Source: Zancudomyces culisetae HAW-14-8
Taxonomy: Eukaryota > Fungi > Kickxellomycota
Direction of reading: 5' to 3'
Assembly (NCBI GenBank): GCA_052426225.1
Contig: JBNJNM010000021.1
Location: forward strand, 620,001 to 684,000
DNA length: 64,000 nucleotides
Shown here: piece after piece, positions 14,647 through 26,671 of the stretch
Numbering within the stretch: position 1 is the stretch's first letter
Layout of the letters: every line of letters starts with the position of its first letter
Translations under genes and position numbers: made by a program
Notes under the pieces: model-generated
What the model saw: only the letters and a program-made list of their open reading frames with translations
Database searches by the model: none
Told to the model about the DNA's origin: nothing

Positions 14647-15372
14647 CTAATTGGATGCGCTAATACTGAGCTTAAGAGTCTTGGTACGGGTAATAGTACG
14701 AATGCGTTTGCTCTTACTGTTGCTGTGGTTTCTGAGCATGGACTTTTTTGATACCGACTTTGTTAAGGTTAGAATTTCTGATCTATGGTTAGAGATTACA
14801 GTGCTTAAATTGATTCCAGTTGTCTTGTGGGTGGCTATTTTCGATTTTCTAGTTATTTTGGCACCCTTAGCACCCTTGGTACTACGATCCTTAAATTTGG
14901 TCTTATGAGGCTTTTTTGGCGGGCCGGGGAGAGCTCTATCAGCGGCCTTATTAGCAAACGTCTTTTTGTTTTTAATATTTCTGTGTTGAACCTTGAAACC
15001 TGCCTCAAAGTCACAATCTCTTACCGAAAGATCGCCACACTCGAGACTGTTCAAGGTGTCATAATTGAATGGACCGGCTTCCACGTCGTTTTTCGATACA
15101 ATATACACATTTTTGTTAAATTTCAAAGTAAATCCTGCAAAGTCGGCAGAGTACATGCATTTTTCTCCTTTGCAGTCTTTGTTTACAAGCTGCATTGGCA
15201 CATATTCGTTTAGTTTGACAATTCCGTTTTTCTTTGCGTAAATAAAAACTTGGTCAAGATTTTCTGGGTTGGTATGAATAATCGCCTCAAATCTCGTGAA
15301 TTGAGCATTGCAAATAATGCTGTATAGTACAACAAGAGTGAAAAATGATAATATTTTTGAGTCAAGTATCAT
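14647..15372 (-). CDS. Putative secreted protein with a beta-rich 4-Cys domain and a K/R/S/T-rich tail
   Basis: Intronless 241-aa ORF. Hydrophobic N-terminus ILSFFTLVVLYSIICNA|Q, and a strongly basic last ~110 aa. Confidence 0.75.
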   Translation of the reverse strand: MILDSKILSFFTLVVLYSIICNAQFTRFEAIIHTNPENLDQVFIYAKKNGIVKLNEYVPMQLVNKDCKGEKCMYSADFAGFTLKFNKNVYIVSKNDVEAGPFNYDTLNSLECGDLSVRDCDFEAGFKVQHRNIKNKKTFANKAADRALPGPPKKPHKTKFKDRSTKGAKGAKITRKSKIATHKTTGINLSTVISNHRSEILTLTKSVSKKSMLRNHSNSKSKRIRTITRTKTLKLSISASN

Positions 15373-18300
15373 GTTTTTTTCCTAGTATAACCACTGGTTT
15401 CTAATGAATTATTTGGTATCAAAATAACGACCGGGTTTGTATGAGTGATATATGTTGAGTTTTCGTACTTGGTAAGACAGTGCTACTGTAATGTAATATA
15501 TGTTGAATTAAAAGAGTTCATTCGCTTTGGCTATTTTTCTTATATTTATATCAATGTGTACGATTCTTGGTTCTGTTCAGCTATTAATGTGCTTTACAAA
15601 TATTCTCTTCATTATATCTATTGATTGTATACAATCCCCCCATACTTTACTAGTGGTATGGTCTTTGCAAACTTCATTATTCATGACAAGTCTTTACCAT
15701 TATATAATATGTTCTATTTTAAACTGCTTTCAATCCCGAAGTAAAGCTTACACCATACCAGTTGAAAATCCGTTTAGATGGAGTTCATAAATATCAGATC
15801 AATGGAAAACGGTGCCATAATTTTGTATACATTATTTAATCTAAATTTTCTTGCTGCTTAAGCACCAAGTGTGGATTTGAGATGATTCTCAACCAAGAAA
15901 TGCGAAACTGTCTCAATATTATAAAGCTAAAACATTATACTGGGGCATACTTCAATTTTAATAATTAATTTTATTAAATTGGGGATTTTAATAATACTTT
16001 TGGGTAGAAGACAAGGGATCTTACTTGGACATTTACAACTGATGAAAGAATTAACATAGACTATAAATAAAAGGGGTGTTTTTAATAACATTTACCAAAT
16101 TGATTGCACGAAGCCTGGTATTTGTTATCTGTCTCGGCCCATTTCGTAGTGAAGATTTACAACTTTCATTTTCATAAAGCATTTTATTTAGTATAGCTGA
16201 AATGTACTCACTTGGTGTTGTGCTAGAAATAGCTTTTAAAAGCAAAAAGAATCCTTTTTTGGTAGGATAATGTAGTTTATAACCTAATAATCATGGGATG
16301 TAATGTGAGTTTAATTTGTAAAAATCGTTGCGCTGGTGCACCTGAAATACAAACACAAGATATTCTTCGTAGAATCAACTAATTTTCACCATAAACCCTT
16401 GACATGTTAACTTGGGATCTGCTGTTTTTAGACCAAAATTATAGTACCTTTCACCTTTTTTTAATGCATTAGATTGATGTCACATCCCTGATACTTTTTT
16501 TTATCTGTGATATAAAATATGGCCAAGAATACATTAACAACGAGTAACTTATATTTAATATTCACAGGGTTTACCATATATTTTGTAGTTACAAAGCTGG
16601 TGAACCAAACAGCATGTACTAAGAGCTCAGGTAAAATAAAAATCAAAATTGTACTGAAAACACACTGCGTACTAAACGCAACCCCTTGCTCCTCCCTCGA
16701 GAGGCCACCCACACCACCCACACCATCCACTCTATACTTTTATTTTTTTGGAGAGGGGGGTATCTTTTTCATCAACATGCGACGGCAAGTAAAATGTATA
16801 GCTCAAAGTAAGCACAAGGACCAAACAAGGACGCTAACTCGTGTACTCGCATCATAATTTTTGAGCTAGCTGCTTATAAGTGGCTCAGAAAATGAAAAAC
16901 AACCAATCTTTCGCTTGGGTCGTATGAACATTCTAGTGCGTTTATCTATTTGAAGACTTGTTGTTTTATTGAAAGCGAACTGGTTATTCTATGATCAAAA
17001 CAAAGAGCATAACCACATTTTCTCTCCAACAAGTTGCTTATAGTCTATAAGAGTCTATGAAAAAGTACCTGCAGCGTTCCAAATATCTGGTGGACATGAA
17101 AAAAAAAGCGTTTAAACCAACTTTTTTTCTTCTTGGATTGTTATTAAGTCGATAGTTTTATTAAAAATGCAACATTGTGTACTTTGAGTTCAAATATTAC
17201 ACTGAACAATACACTAAACAATGCACTGTGCATATTCAATGTTCATGTAAATCCAAACACAAATCCAAACACACTGAAATATTTAAACGCTGCTACAAAC
17301 AGAAAAATGAAATGTAATGCACTAACCAGCATCATAAGTAATTGTTTTTTTGAATTCTCTGGTTTGCTTCTTGTGTAACACTGTTTAATTGTGCTTTTGT
17401 TTTTTTTTGCTAACATCGATTTTTTTTTTTTTGAATTTTATTCTTTTTAAACTGAGAAAAAATTTTGCGGATAATATTTAGGACATTTTGGATTTTACTA
17501 AAAATATGCTATAAATTTTACCCGCATTCCAATCAAGAATGGAGCCTATACATTTATTTGAATGCAGAAAAGCTAGGACAAAAAGATATACAATGTTTTC
17601 GCGTTCATTTTCACCAAATTGTTTTTGGAGATAAATTCTATTTGTTACTGTAGATGAAACCTTGGAAAACTAAAGATACCCGCAGCACCTTGCTGGAATT
17701 AAACTGTCACAAAATCCATTACTTACCAAAGACCCAGCATTATGTTTCCAAACGCTTATTGGGCATTATCAATTGGAATTTCGAAACTGATGTGAAAGTT
17801 TAATATTAATGTGACACACTTTGGAGAATTATGAAGATAAAGTCAACATAAACAGCACATGTATCAATGCGAGAATCGAATTTGGTCACACTTTACGATT
17901 TCAACAAGTGGAGAATAAAAAGAGGGAAAATTTTTTTTTACATAGTAAGCAAAATCTTGAATTATCTGTCTTTCATGAGTATAAAGCGGAATAAAAAAAT
18001 ATATAAAGTGGAAAGCGCGCTGTTTTGGCCGCTCTTTTATGTTTTTTTTGCATTTTAGCAGACCAAATTAAGTAAAGAGACAAATTTTAGCCAGTTAAGG
18101 TTCCGATATAGCCATTCGTAAAAAAGGGGGCAATAGTCATGCTATGTTGCATAAAACGAATTATTTCACTTTGTCAGGTTGATGCTTTATAAACGAGTGT
18201 ATAAAAAATACTTTTTGCAAAAGTGAATTAAAAAATACGATACTTAAAAGTTAGAGAGTAAGTTCATCCTGTTCAAAACTAAGTTTCATTAGTTTATACA

Positions 18301-18470
18301 TACTCTGGTGTGCCATAGCTTTAGTAATTGAAATATACACTAAGATATATTTTTGCCACTCACTGGTGTTAGGCAAACCTGTTATTTTAATTTCTTCTAA
18401 TAGTAGTGTTTGTGATATCATAGAAATATAAACGAAACAGCTTAAATTAAAATAAACTACAATTTTCAGC

Positions 18471-19982
18471 ATGAGTACACTAAACAAAGCTGACTTGCGA
18501 AGCAGAACAGAGGAGCATATTGGTATGTGTACTGAGCGCAACGTTATGAGTAATGGTTTGGAATATTTAGCGAACAAAAATGAGAACGGAAGGTGTGGAA
18601 AAGTAGTATTTGAACTCAGTAGCGAGAACCTACTTGGTAGAGGGCGAATATCCAGCGTCTATCGGGGGCGGCTATATCAAGAGAATTGCAATATAAGCGT
18701 AGAAAACCTCAACAAAGAGCAATATATAGACTGTGCCGTTAAACTGGTGGATATAAACGATGAGGATGCAGTAGAGTTGGGGATCTTAGAAGCATGCACT
18801 TTAGATTATCTAAAGAAAGCCATGGATGCCGAGGATTTGGCGGGAGTCGTTGAATATTACGGGATTGCTGTGTTTGATCACAGCTTGTCAGAAAAAGAGC
18901 TCAAAAGTATCCAAGAGGGTGTTGGACAACTAGATACATCCCGAAAAGGTGATTTGGAATACGAACTTGTGTTTATGGATACAAAACCGTCGCCTTCGGA
19001 CATTAAAACGATGCTTGGAGCGGGCGTTAGGTGGGCGATAGTACTAAAGTTATATGAAAATGGTAATGCTTGGAGTTGGAGTTTTAAAAGCTCCGAGTTG
19101 ATGGGAGCAGCCCTTTTTGAGAATTGGTCAAAGAAGCTACTGAATACCCTGAATAAAATACACAGTCTGGGTGTAATAAATAATGATATTAAGCCACACA
19201 ACATTATGGTTACAGACAACCATGGAATCAGAATAGGTGATTTTTCGACGGTTGTGTATTCGGGTGACTTGTTAGAACAAATAGAGAAAGTATACGGCTT
19301 TTCTCCTAAAAAGCTGCTAGCATATGGTGATATGCCCGGAACAATTCCATACTCAGCCCCAGAGTTGTTTGGTAGAGAGTATAATGTCAAAACATTATCT
19401 AAAGTGCGTTTATCTACCAAGTCGGATGACGGTACCAATAAGCTGGTTAGGACATTTGGCAATTCAGACTTGTTTTCTGCTGGAGTAACTCTGTTCTGTT
19501 TGTTTATCTCTGGAAAAGAGCCGTACCACTTGATTAGAAATAATGTTGAGCTCCTTATCTTGGCCAAAAAGGGGAAATTCTTAGACTGGGAAATGTCGCA
19601 TTTGACTAGCCGCGCCTCATTGAAAAAGTATAGCGAGCCAGTTTTAAATCAAAAAAGCTCATTTGACTCGTTTCAAAGTGGTTTATCTATTGATAATGAC
19701 ACGCTACCAACTGCGAAAAGAGACTCTTGTAGCACTTTTAACAGAGCCAGCGGAGAATACAACGCCGAAGTCGCATCAAGAAAGCTTGTGCTTCATTCTT
19801 CAAGCGAAACGATCAACTCTGTCTTGGATAGCGTTCCTTGCACTCCAAAAAGCCCATCTCCTACAAACTCAAAAAATAAGTGTCCTCAGCTATCCTATCT
19901 AAACGGGTCTCCTGTATCTGAATCTGCCTATCAACTCATTAAACTGTTGACGTCCACTGATATCAGTGCGCGGCGTCTCTGA
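18471..19982 (+). CDS. Divergent Ser/Thr protein kinase
   Basis: Gly loop LGRGRISSVY, CAVK, alphaC Glu (ILEA), catalytic loop NNDIKPHN, DFS in place of DFG, GTIPYSAPE, SDLFSAG and subdomain XI Arg near the C-terminus. Confidence 0.9.
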   Translation: MSTLNKADLRSRTEEHIGMCTERNVMSNGLEYLANKNENGRCGKVVFELSSENLLGRGRISSVYRGRLYQENCNISVENLNKEQYIDCAVKLVDINDEDAVELGILEACTLDYLKKAMDAEDLAGVVEYYGIAVFDHSLSEKELKSIQEGVGQLDTSRKGDLEYELVFMDTKPSPSDIKTMLGAGVRWAIVLKLYENGNAWSWSFKSSELMGAALFENWSKKLLNTLNKIHSLGVINNDIKPHNIMVTDNHGIRIGDFSTVVYSGDLLEQIEKVYGFSPKKLLAYGDMPGTIPYSAPELFGREYNVKTLSKVRLSTKSDDGTNKLVRTFGNSDLFSAGVTLFCLFISGKEPYHLIRNNVELLILAKKGKFLDWEMSHLTSRASLKKYSEPVLNQKSSFDSFQSGLSIDNDTLPTAKRDSCSTFNRASGEYNAEVASRKLVLHSSSETINSVLDSVPCTPKSPSPTNSKNKCPQLSYLNGSPVSESAYQLIKLLTSTDISARRL

Positions 19983-20992
19983 TTGTACTTTTATTTTTTA
20001 TTTTTTATTTTTTAGCTGCACATACATTTGTCTTTATAGTAGTTTCTCTCTTTTCTCTTTTTTTTTCTGGTTTTTCTCCTTAGTTTCTGCCTTCAAAGAT
20101 ATTTTTTCTAGGCGACCCTTTAACATTTAGATGTAAATACAGCCAAGTACATTTATTTTGTATCTTTATTGGTTTAAAGAAAAATGATCTGAAGAATCAT
20201 ATTGCCATTTATCTGACCTTGGTTGGTTTGTTGCAATTTTATTTTATTAAGAATTATCGGAGTCTCTGAATTATAGTAAATGGCTATAAAATTGAAAAAA
20301 TAAAGTATGAAAAAGCCTTATCGAAGACACAATATACGCATTATTTATAGCTTAAAACTCACGATGTCCCCGTTATTCCTTCTCTCAAAACGCAGGAAGT
20401 GGGAGTACATAATCATTAGACTAGTTTTCTTACTTTTTCGTTTGTTTGAAGATGCTTAGGTTGTATTGTACTCTAGGCTTGGAGGGGTTTATTTTACGCT
20501 AAGTGGCTGTAATTTTACACGAAAATTGAATTACAAGACTAAAAACAATTCCACACATTCCTGAGGGAAATATTTGAATGCAAATGTGTTGTGAATGGAA
20601 TAAATATTAGGTAATAATTGTACTCTCTTTTGAAAAGAACCAGCACATATACAATAATCCTTGAATTTCGTGTAAAAGATAAGGCCAGAGAGATATTCCA
20701 GTAGGTAGTATAGAACAAAAGAAGAAAATAGAGCCTACCGAGTTTCTGGAGATCTAACGATTGGTACAGAAAGCGGTCAACTTTTTTTAAACTTTAACAG
20801 AAAATTGCAAAATTTATACATCTCGATTAAAGCACACAAGGCTTATACCTTACAAATTAAACACATCAAGCGTAAAACAAAAAAAAATACAATTTAAGGG
20901 GATAAACACACCTCAAATCGAATAAAGTAGCGGGAATTGTATTTCAACGTTTCTGCTTTTTTTTTTTAGTATTACAGGGGATGAAATAAAGT

Positions 20993-23900
20993 ATGGATGA
21001 CAAAAAGATTATAGAAGGGAACCAAAATATAACAGGTATGACGAGTAGTCCAGCTTCCAGCAAACAAAACTTTATGCCTAAACTAGCGCCATATATTGAT
21101 AAAGCTTCAGGTATGTAATTTTCTCTCCTACTTTTGTCCCATCCCTTCTGTTTTTGTTTTTTTTGCTATTTAGAGTAAAATATTTATTATTAGGATATAA
21201 ATTAAACCTGAAATTAAATTATACTCAATACATAGAGTATTCCAGGGATCCCAAGTATCAAAAATATGCTCAAGCCCTGGATAAAAACTTGCAAACCTTC
21301 GAATATGTGACAGAATGGGCCGATATCACTGCATTCCTGACGAAATTAGAGCGAGTTTTCGAGACATACTCCCAGTACACGCTTATTCCCGAGAAGGAAG
21401 TGGTGGCGAAAAGACTCGCACAGTGTCTAAACCCTGCTCTCCCAACAGGTGTTCATCAAAAGGCACTTAGAGTATACAAGCTGATATTTGGAATGCTTGA
21501 CACGGAGCAGCTGGGTGCCGATTTACGACTTTATGCAATGGGTCTATTTCCATTTATAAAGCAGGCATCAGTCAGTATAAGGGAGCAAGCCATCGAATTG
21601 TTACAGACATATATTACACCAGTGATTTTAGATAACAGGGAACATTTGAAGGGGTTTATGATAGCAACATTATCTGGGTTAGACCAAGAAAAATCAGAGA
21701 CATCACAGAGGTGTTTTGCGATATTCAAAACTCTATCCGAGAAAATTACAAGTGAAATATTTTTTCAAACTATATTTTACATACTGATAACAATACCAGG
21801 TCAACGGGAATCCGGGTTGATGGTGTTGGGAAGGTTCATGCCGAGATTTAGCGACGAGAAAGAACTGGTGGCATATTTGGGGCCCAATTCTAAAATGGTA
21901 ATAGCAGGACTGTCGGAAACATTAAGGGATAGAGATCCATTGACAGTGCGAGCGGTGCTTGATTTGCTTGTTTTGAATTTTAGGCTTGATAGGAAAATAT
22001 TTGGTGAAAGTGAGCTCGTTGAACTTATGCGACCGGTAGTTGAGGTTATTTTTAGAAAGGATATGTCGCTAAATAGGCGGGTATATTCTTGGTGGCAAGG
22101 TGAAGGAGAAACACCCATTGAGCAACAACGGTACTTTGCAATTAACGCGCTAACTCCTCTGTGCAAGATGCTGAAGCAATGGCTCGAAGCCATAAGACTT
22201 GAAAATGGACTGGATGAATATATAGCGTTGGCTAGACTTTCGATTCATCTTATGGACAAGTCTGATGTCGCACAGCCGCTTCTTCAGCGGTTGCTTATAG
22301 GAATAATGGATGTATACGGGGGATTGTTGGAGGTTTATCAGAGAGGAGGTACGCAGATAAACTCAATGGCGGAGCATGTAACACGGACTTTGTTCGAAAT
22401 GCTGTATCCAACATTCCTGTGGTCACAGGCCATGGTTTTGCTTTTTAGGAACGCTAGTGGAGGTAATATCACGAAATGGCAGCGGGATATAGAGACATTT
22501 TCAGCGATTTTAGATCTGTTGGTTTCAACAGACGAGGAGACCGTGAATGTTCACATTCCAATGGCGTTTCTAGCGATTATATCGTTGGAAAAGTATGTAC
22601 TGCAGAGTAAAAAACGCGAAAGTGTAGTGATAGTGCATGAATTGCTGATTCGTATAGCGCGGAGGTTATATTCACAAATACCAAACAATTTGGGTTCGAG
22701 TGTACTAGACAGCGAGAAATTCAAAGTAATAAACGCAAGAGAGGTCGAGCCCATAGAGTACATCGAGGCCTTTTACAAGGTAAAAGAGGGGTTGGAATTT
22801 CTGAAGGCTTTTAACAACCAAAACGTCGGCAGTGTTGATGAAAGCCAGTTGATTCAGGCGTTTTCCTGGCCCGAGTCCAGAACTTCTCCATTGGATTTAA
22901 ATTCAATCACAGCGGTGGCGTTGGTGCAGCTTGAGAACATAACAATAAACATACAGGATACTTTGGTGTTGGATAATACATACTTTCTCTACAGAATATT
23001 AGTTGAGCGATACCACACTGTGGTGATTGAAGATGTCAATGGTAACATACAGGATTCGATTGATGGTTTATTTAGTGCGAACTTAGAGTACTCAAAAAAA
23101 CTATTTAACCTTGCGATTTCAGGAACCAATTATCCCCAGGTTTGTGCGGTAGTCAAAAATATACTAACATGTATAAAGTATAAGCACTTGATAGTAGCAA
23201 CCGATCTTCTGCAAAGTTGCGATAGTTTTGGGATTTCTGATGGCGCGTATAACGAATCCAGCGTATTAGAGCTGATTCTTAAGAATCTCTGGGATTATGT
23301 TATGATCTCGGGATGCGAGGAGTCGGTGTTGATAATCGATGAATTCCGCAAAGTATATGGTGAGGCAGAGATAATTTTTGCGATAGCACGGCAAACAGGG
23401 TTTGATCGGGATGTTACTTGCAAGTTTACTGATACGTTTGTTCAATTTTGGAATGTGTTTTATTGTACCGAGCACAGATTTTACGATGTATACAAATCTG
23501 AGAACGAACTTAATTTGGAATATTCGTTTTCTGCGCTGGTTTCGGGATCTAATGATTTAACGCAGTTTATTTTGTATGTATCGATGTTGATTAGTGTGCT
23601 AGAGCACTTTACATCAGAGCTGTCGGTAGAAACCAGTCTAGTAGCCTTCAACAGGCGGACGCCAGCTACGGGCAAGTTATTGGGAAAAAGGTGGTTGCAA
23701 GGTGATGTGAATTTAGGCTCGGTCTTGGTGCCATTAGTTCACTATTTATACGTATACTTATCACAAAATCTTGTGTACGTGAATAACGATACTATAATGG
23801 ATCAAGAAACCGAAAAAGCGCAACATACACAGAGATTTTATCCATTTTTATTTCAATCAAATGCCGAAACTGAACACTTGACACGAGTTATTACGTTGAT

Positions 23901-26640
23901 TAAAAAGGTCATAGAAATCAGCTCGGAGAGGGTGATGTATTGGCTAAACTCACCAATAACCGGGTTTAGAATGTGGTACAAATCTTGGTGGACAAAATTT
24001 GTTGGTGGTATGGATGGTGAGGAAGCAGGTACTGCACCACAGACATGGGCAGATCTGCTCGTATACGCACTTGCGGTGTCTATGCAGGTTAGGAATGTAA
24101 ATGAAGGAGTGCTTTACATTGGGAGCTTGAACGAAAGCAAGGTCTTCAATTTGTCTGCGTTTCAAAAGAGTTCAATATGTCTTGAATCGAAAGTTTCAAG
24201 TGTTCAGCTTTGCTCGCTGGAATTATTGGAGTATATTTTGATGCTACCGAATACTGATGAGCGAAGATTTAATGTTTCTGAAGGTATACTTGATGTGGTG
24301 TTGAGTTCGTACCTGAGGATAATGAAAACCAGAATGTGTACAGTGGGACCAGCAATGCTGGATGGCAGCAGTATAGAAATCAACAACAGTTTACCGATTT
24401 CGAGGCACCAGGCTGCCGAGAGAAAAAAGGAGGATCTCTTATACAATCGGCTATCGCTGCTGGTAATCAAGACGATTGAGAACGTAGACTTTGGTGCAAA
24501 TGACCAACCCGAGAAATCAGTAGAGATAAAAGCGATAATCGCAATGATATCGGGTTTAGACTTTTCGAAATATGTTTTGGGTTCAATTCCAGCGCGAGAA
24601 TTGTATGTTGCGAGTGCTATTGATGAAGAAATGCTGTTGATACAAGCAGGGTGGTTTGATCTGATCTTCAGTGTGATTGAAGTGTATACAGAGATATTTA
24701 AAACGCAAACGACTGGCCCCAAACTGTATGATGAGGATGAGTTTCAGGACCTTACAACTAGAGTGTTTGGAAACCTGATTCTCCCGTTAATTCGAGTTGT
24801 TTCGAGTTTGATTATGTGTTCTACAATGAAAAATATCGAGTATTTGGGATCAAATACAAAATATGAAAAGCTAGATATAAGAGCAAACCTAATGTCGATG
24901 TTTGTGGACTTGTATGGCGAACTGCTTGGATTCTGTATGTCCTTTGGAGAGTTGACACCAAACCAACTTCCCTGCTTAGAACCGTGGTTGATTGAAAACA
25001 TGAAATTGTTTGGGTGTACTGAGGATGTATTTAAACCGATTCCTAATCGCACAGAGCTTGGTGGACTTGTTTTTGGAAATATGATAATGGAGACGTTTGA
25101 TTGGAATTATGATGAACCTGCCGAATTTTCAATGGGAAGATATATTGCAATAATGGTGTTTCTATGGAAACTATCAAACAATGCCGGTTTGGCAATTTTG
25201 CACTCAGGTAAAGGGAACATTGATAAATTGAACCAGGGAGTTGATGAGAATCAGCGCAACATTTCCAAATCACCGAAATCACAAGCAAAGAACAGATCAA
25301 AAACAAAGTCTGAGACCACACCTAAAGTCATGGATAACCATAACTATTCCAAAGCGCTTGCAGAACAGTATTCCCAACTCAAAGTAATATTGGTTTCAAA
25401 GTTAAATAAACTATGGGTAGCAAACTCAGTCGAATTGGTATTTGGTATAGCTGAGTACTATGAAAGTAGCTATGATAATTGGTTGTCACTGATATTCCAC
25501 CCAGCAAACTATATGCTTTTGGCATTAAGCAGCGCCAGTGGAGAAAATAAAAAATACTCGAGGCGATCAGGAAGTATAGATATAAAAGACCGGCAAAGGA
25601 GATGGTCAGCAAGCCAGCCTCGAGGAAGTGGTATGCTAGGATCATCACCGTGGATACCACCAATTATAACAGGAGGCAACACAGATATGCCAAGATCAAG
25701 TATAGGAGATGGGAGTTTTAGCGCTGGTATTGGTGGCGGCGGAGCGGGAAGAGCTGGGAATGTTGAGATGGAAGTTGAAGGATTGTTTGATGCAACACAG
25801 CTCGGAAAGTATATCTCGTTTGCCAAAAAGCAGATGAAACACGATCAGATAAGCCAAAGCCTCGACTTTCTGGAAGTATTTCGTGACAAGAGCATTATGT
25901 TTGCTGCAGAAGTATTGCATGTTGTTTCACAACGACTGAGCAACAGTTTGATACAAAACAGTGGTGGTAGTGGTGGCGGTGGTGGTTCCAGCCCAACGAG
26001 TCCCGCTTCTAGTCACTCCGAAAATAAAGGCAAGGACGTATTGGGTTCAAAAGGAGCATTTTATCCACGCACATTTAGTGGATACAGTCGATTTTCTAAA
26101 GTTTCGGATATCGGGTTGCTTCGGTTTGCCGAGATTATCTTTCAATACTCAGTATTTGAGGGTATTTTAGCGAACGGAAGAAAGAGGCAGCAGAGAAATG
26201 AAACAGTGCCGTATTTGGAGAGTATGTCACCAATGTTGGCAACTGCGACTCCTACTGACGTTCCGGATATGTATGCGGGCAAACCATCTGAGAATTTGGT
26301 ACCTCGTGGTTCTCTTGATGGAGGAAATGGTAGATTGCAGAGCGGGTTATCGGCAAACCCCAGCTATTATAGCCAGTACAGCGATTCATCACCCACCCAT
26401 GCCTCGCTTTATAACCAGATATTCCTCTACGAGAGTGCTGATTGTAGCGAGGTCGAATTTGCTGCGCTAATCGGGGCAGCCGCCATGTTTTTCAAGTCGG
26501 TGGAAAGCCATTTCAACTCTGAGAAATTGTATACGCCTGTAATTCTGAGAGTTGGAGTAGCATTGATGAGGATGCTAATGCTTTTGGCAAAGAAAACCGA
26601 CAATCAGGTATCACCCATTGTTGGAAAGGACGAGAGAAAC

Positions 26641-26671
<31 letters not shown>

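Noticed and set aside
15400-18400. Short ORFs and 12-bp local duplications (~17198-17275) in the 3-kb intergenic region
   Set aside because: Composition of random AT-rich DNA, and no consistent splice structure.
19977-20040. TGA-ending genes as possible selenoproteins or readthrough cases, since some early-diverging fungi use Sec
   Set aside because: No selenoprotein family here, the sequence after the stop is T-rich UTR, and no SECIS is recognisable.
21154-21235. ORF-track N-terminus of DOP1 (MFFLLFRVK...)
   Set aside because: It lies in the intron 21111-21235 and begins at TTG.
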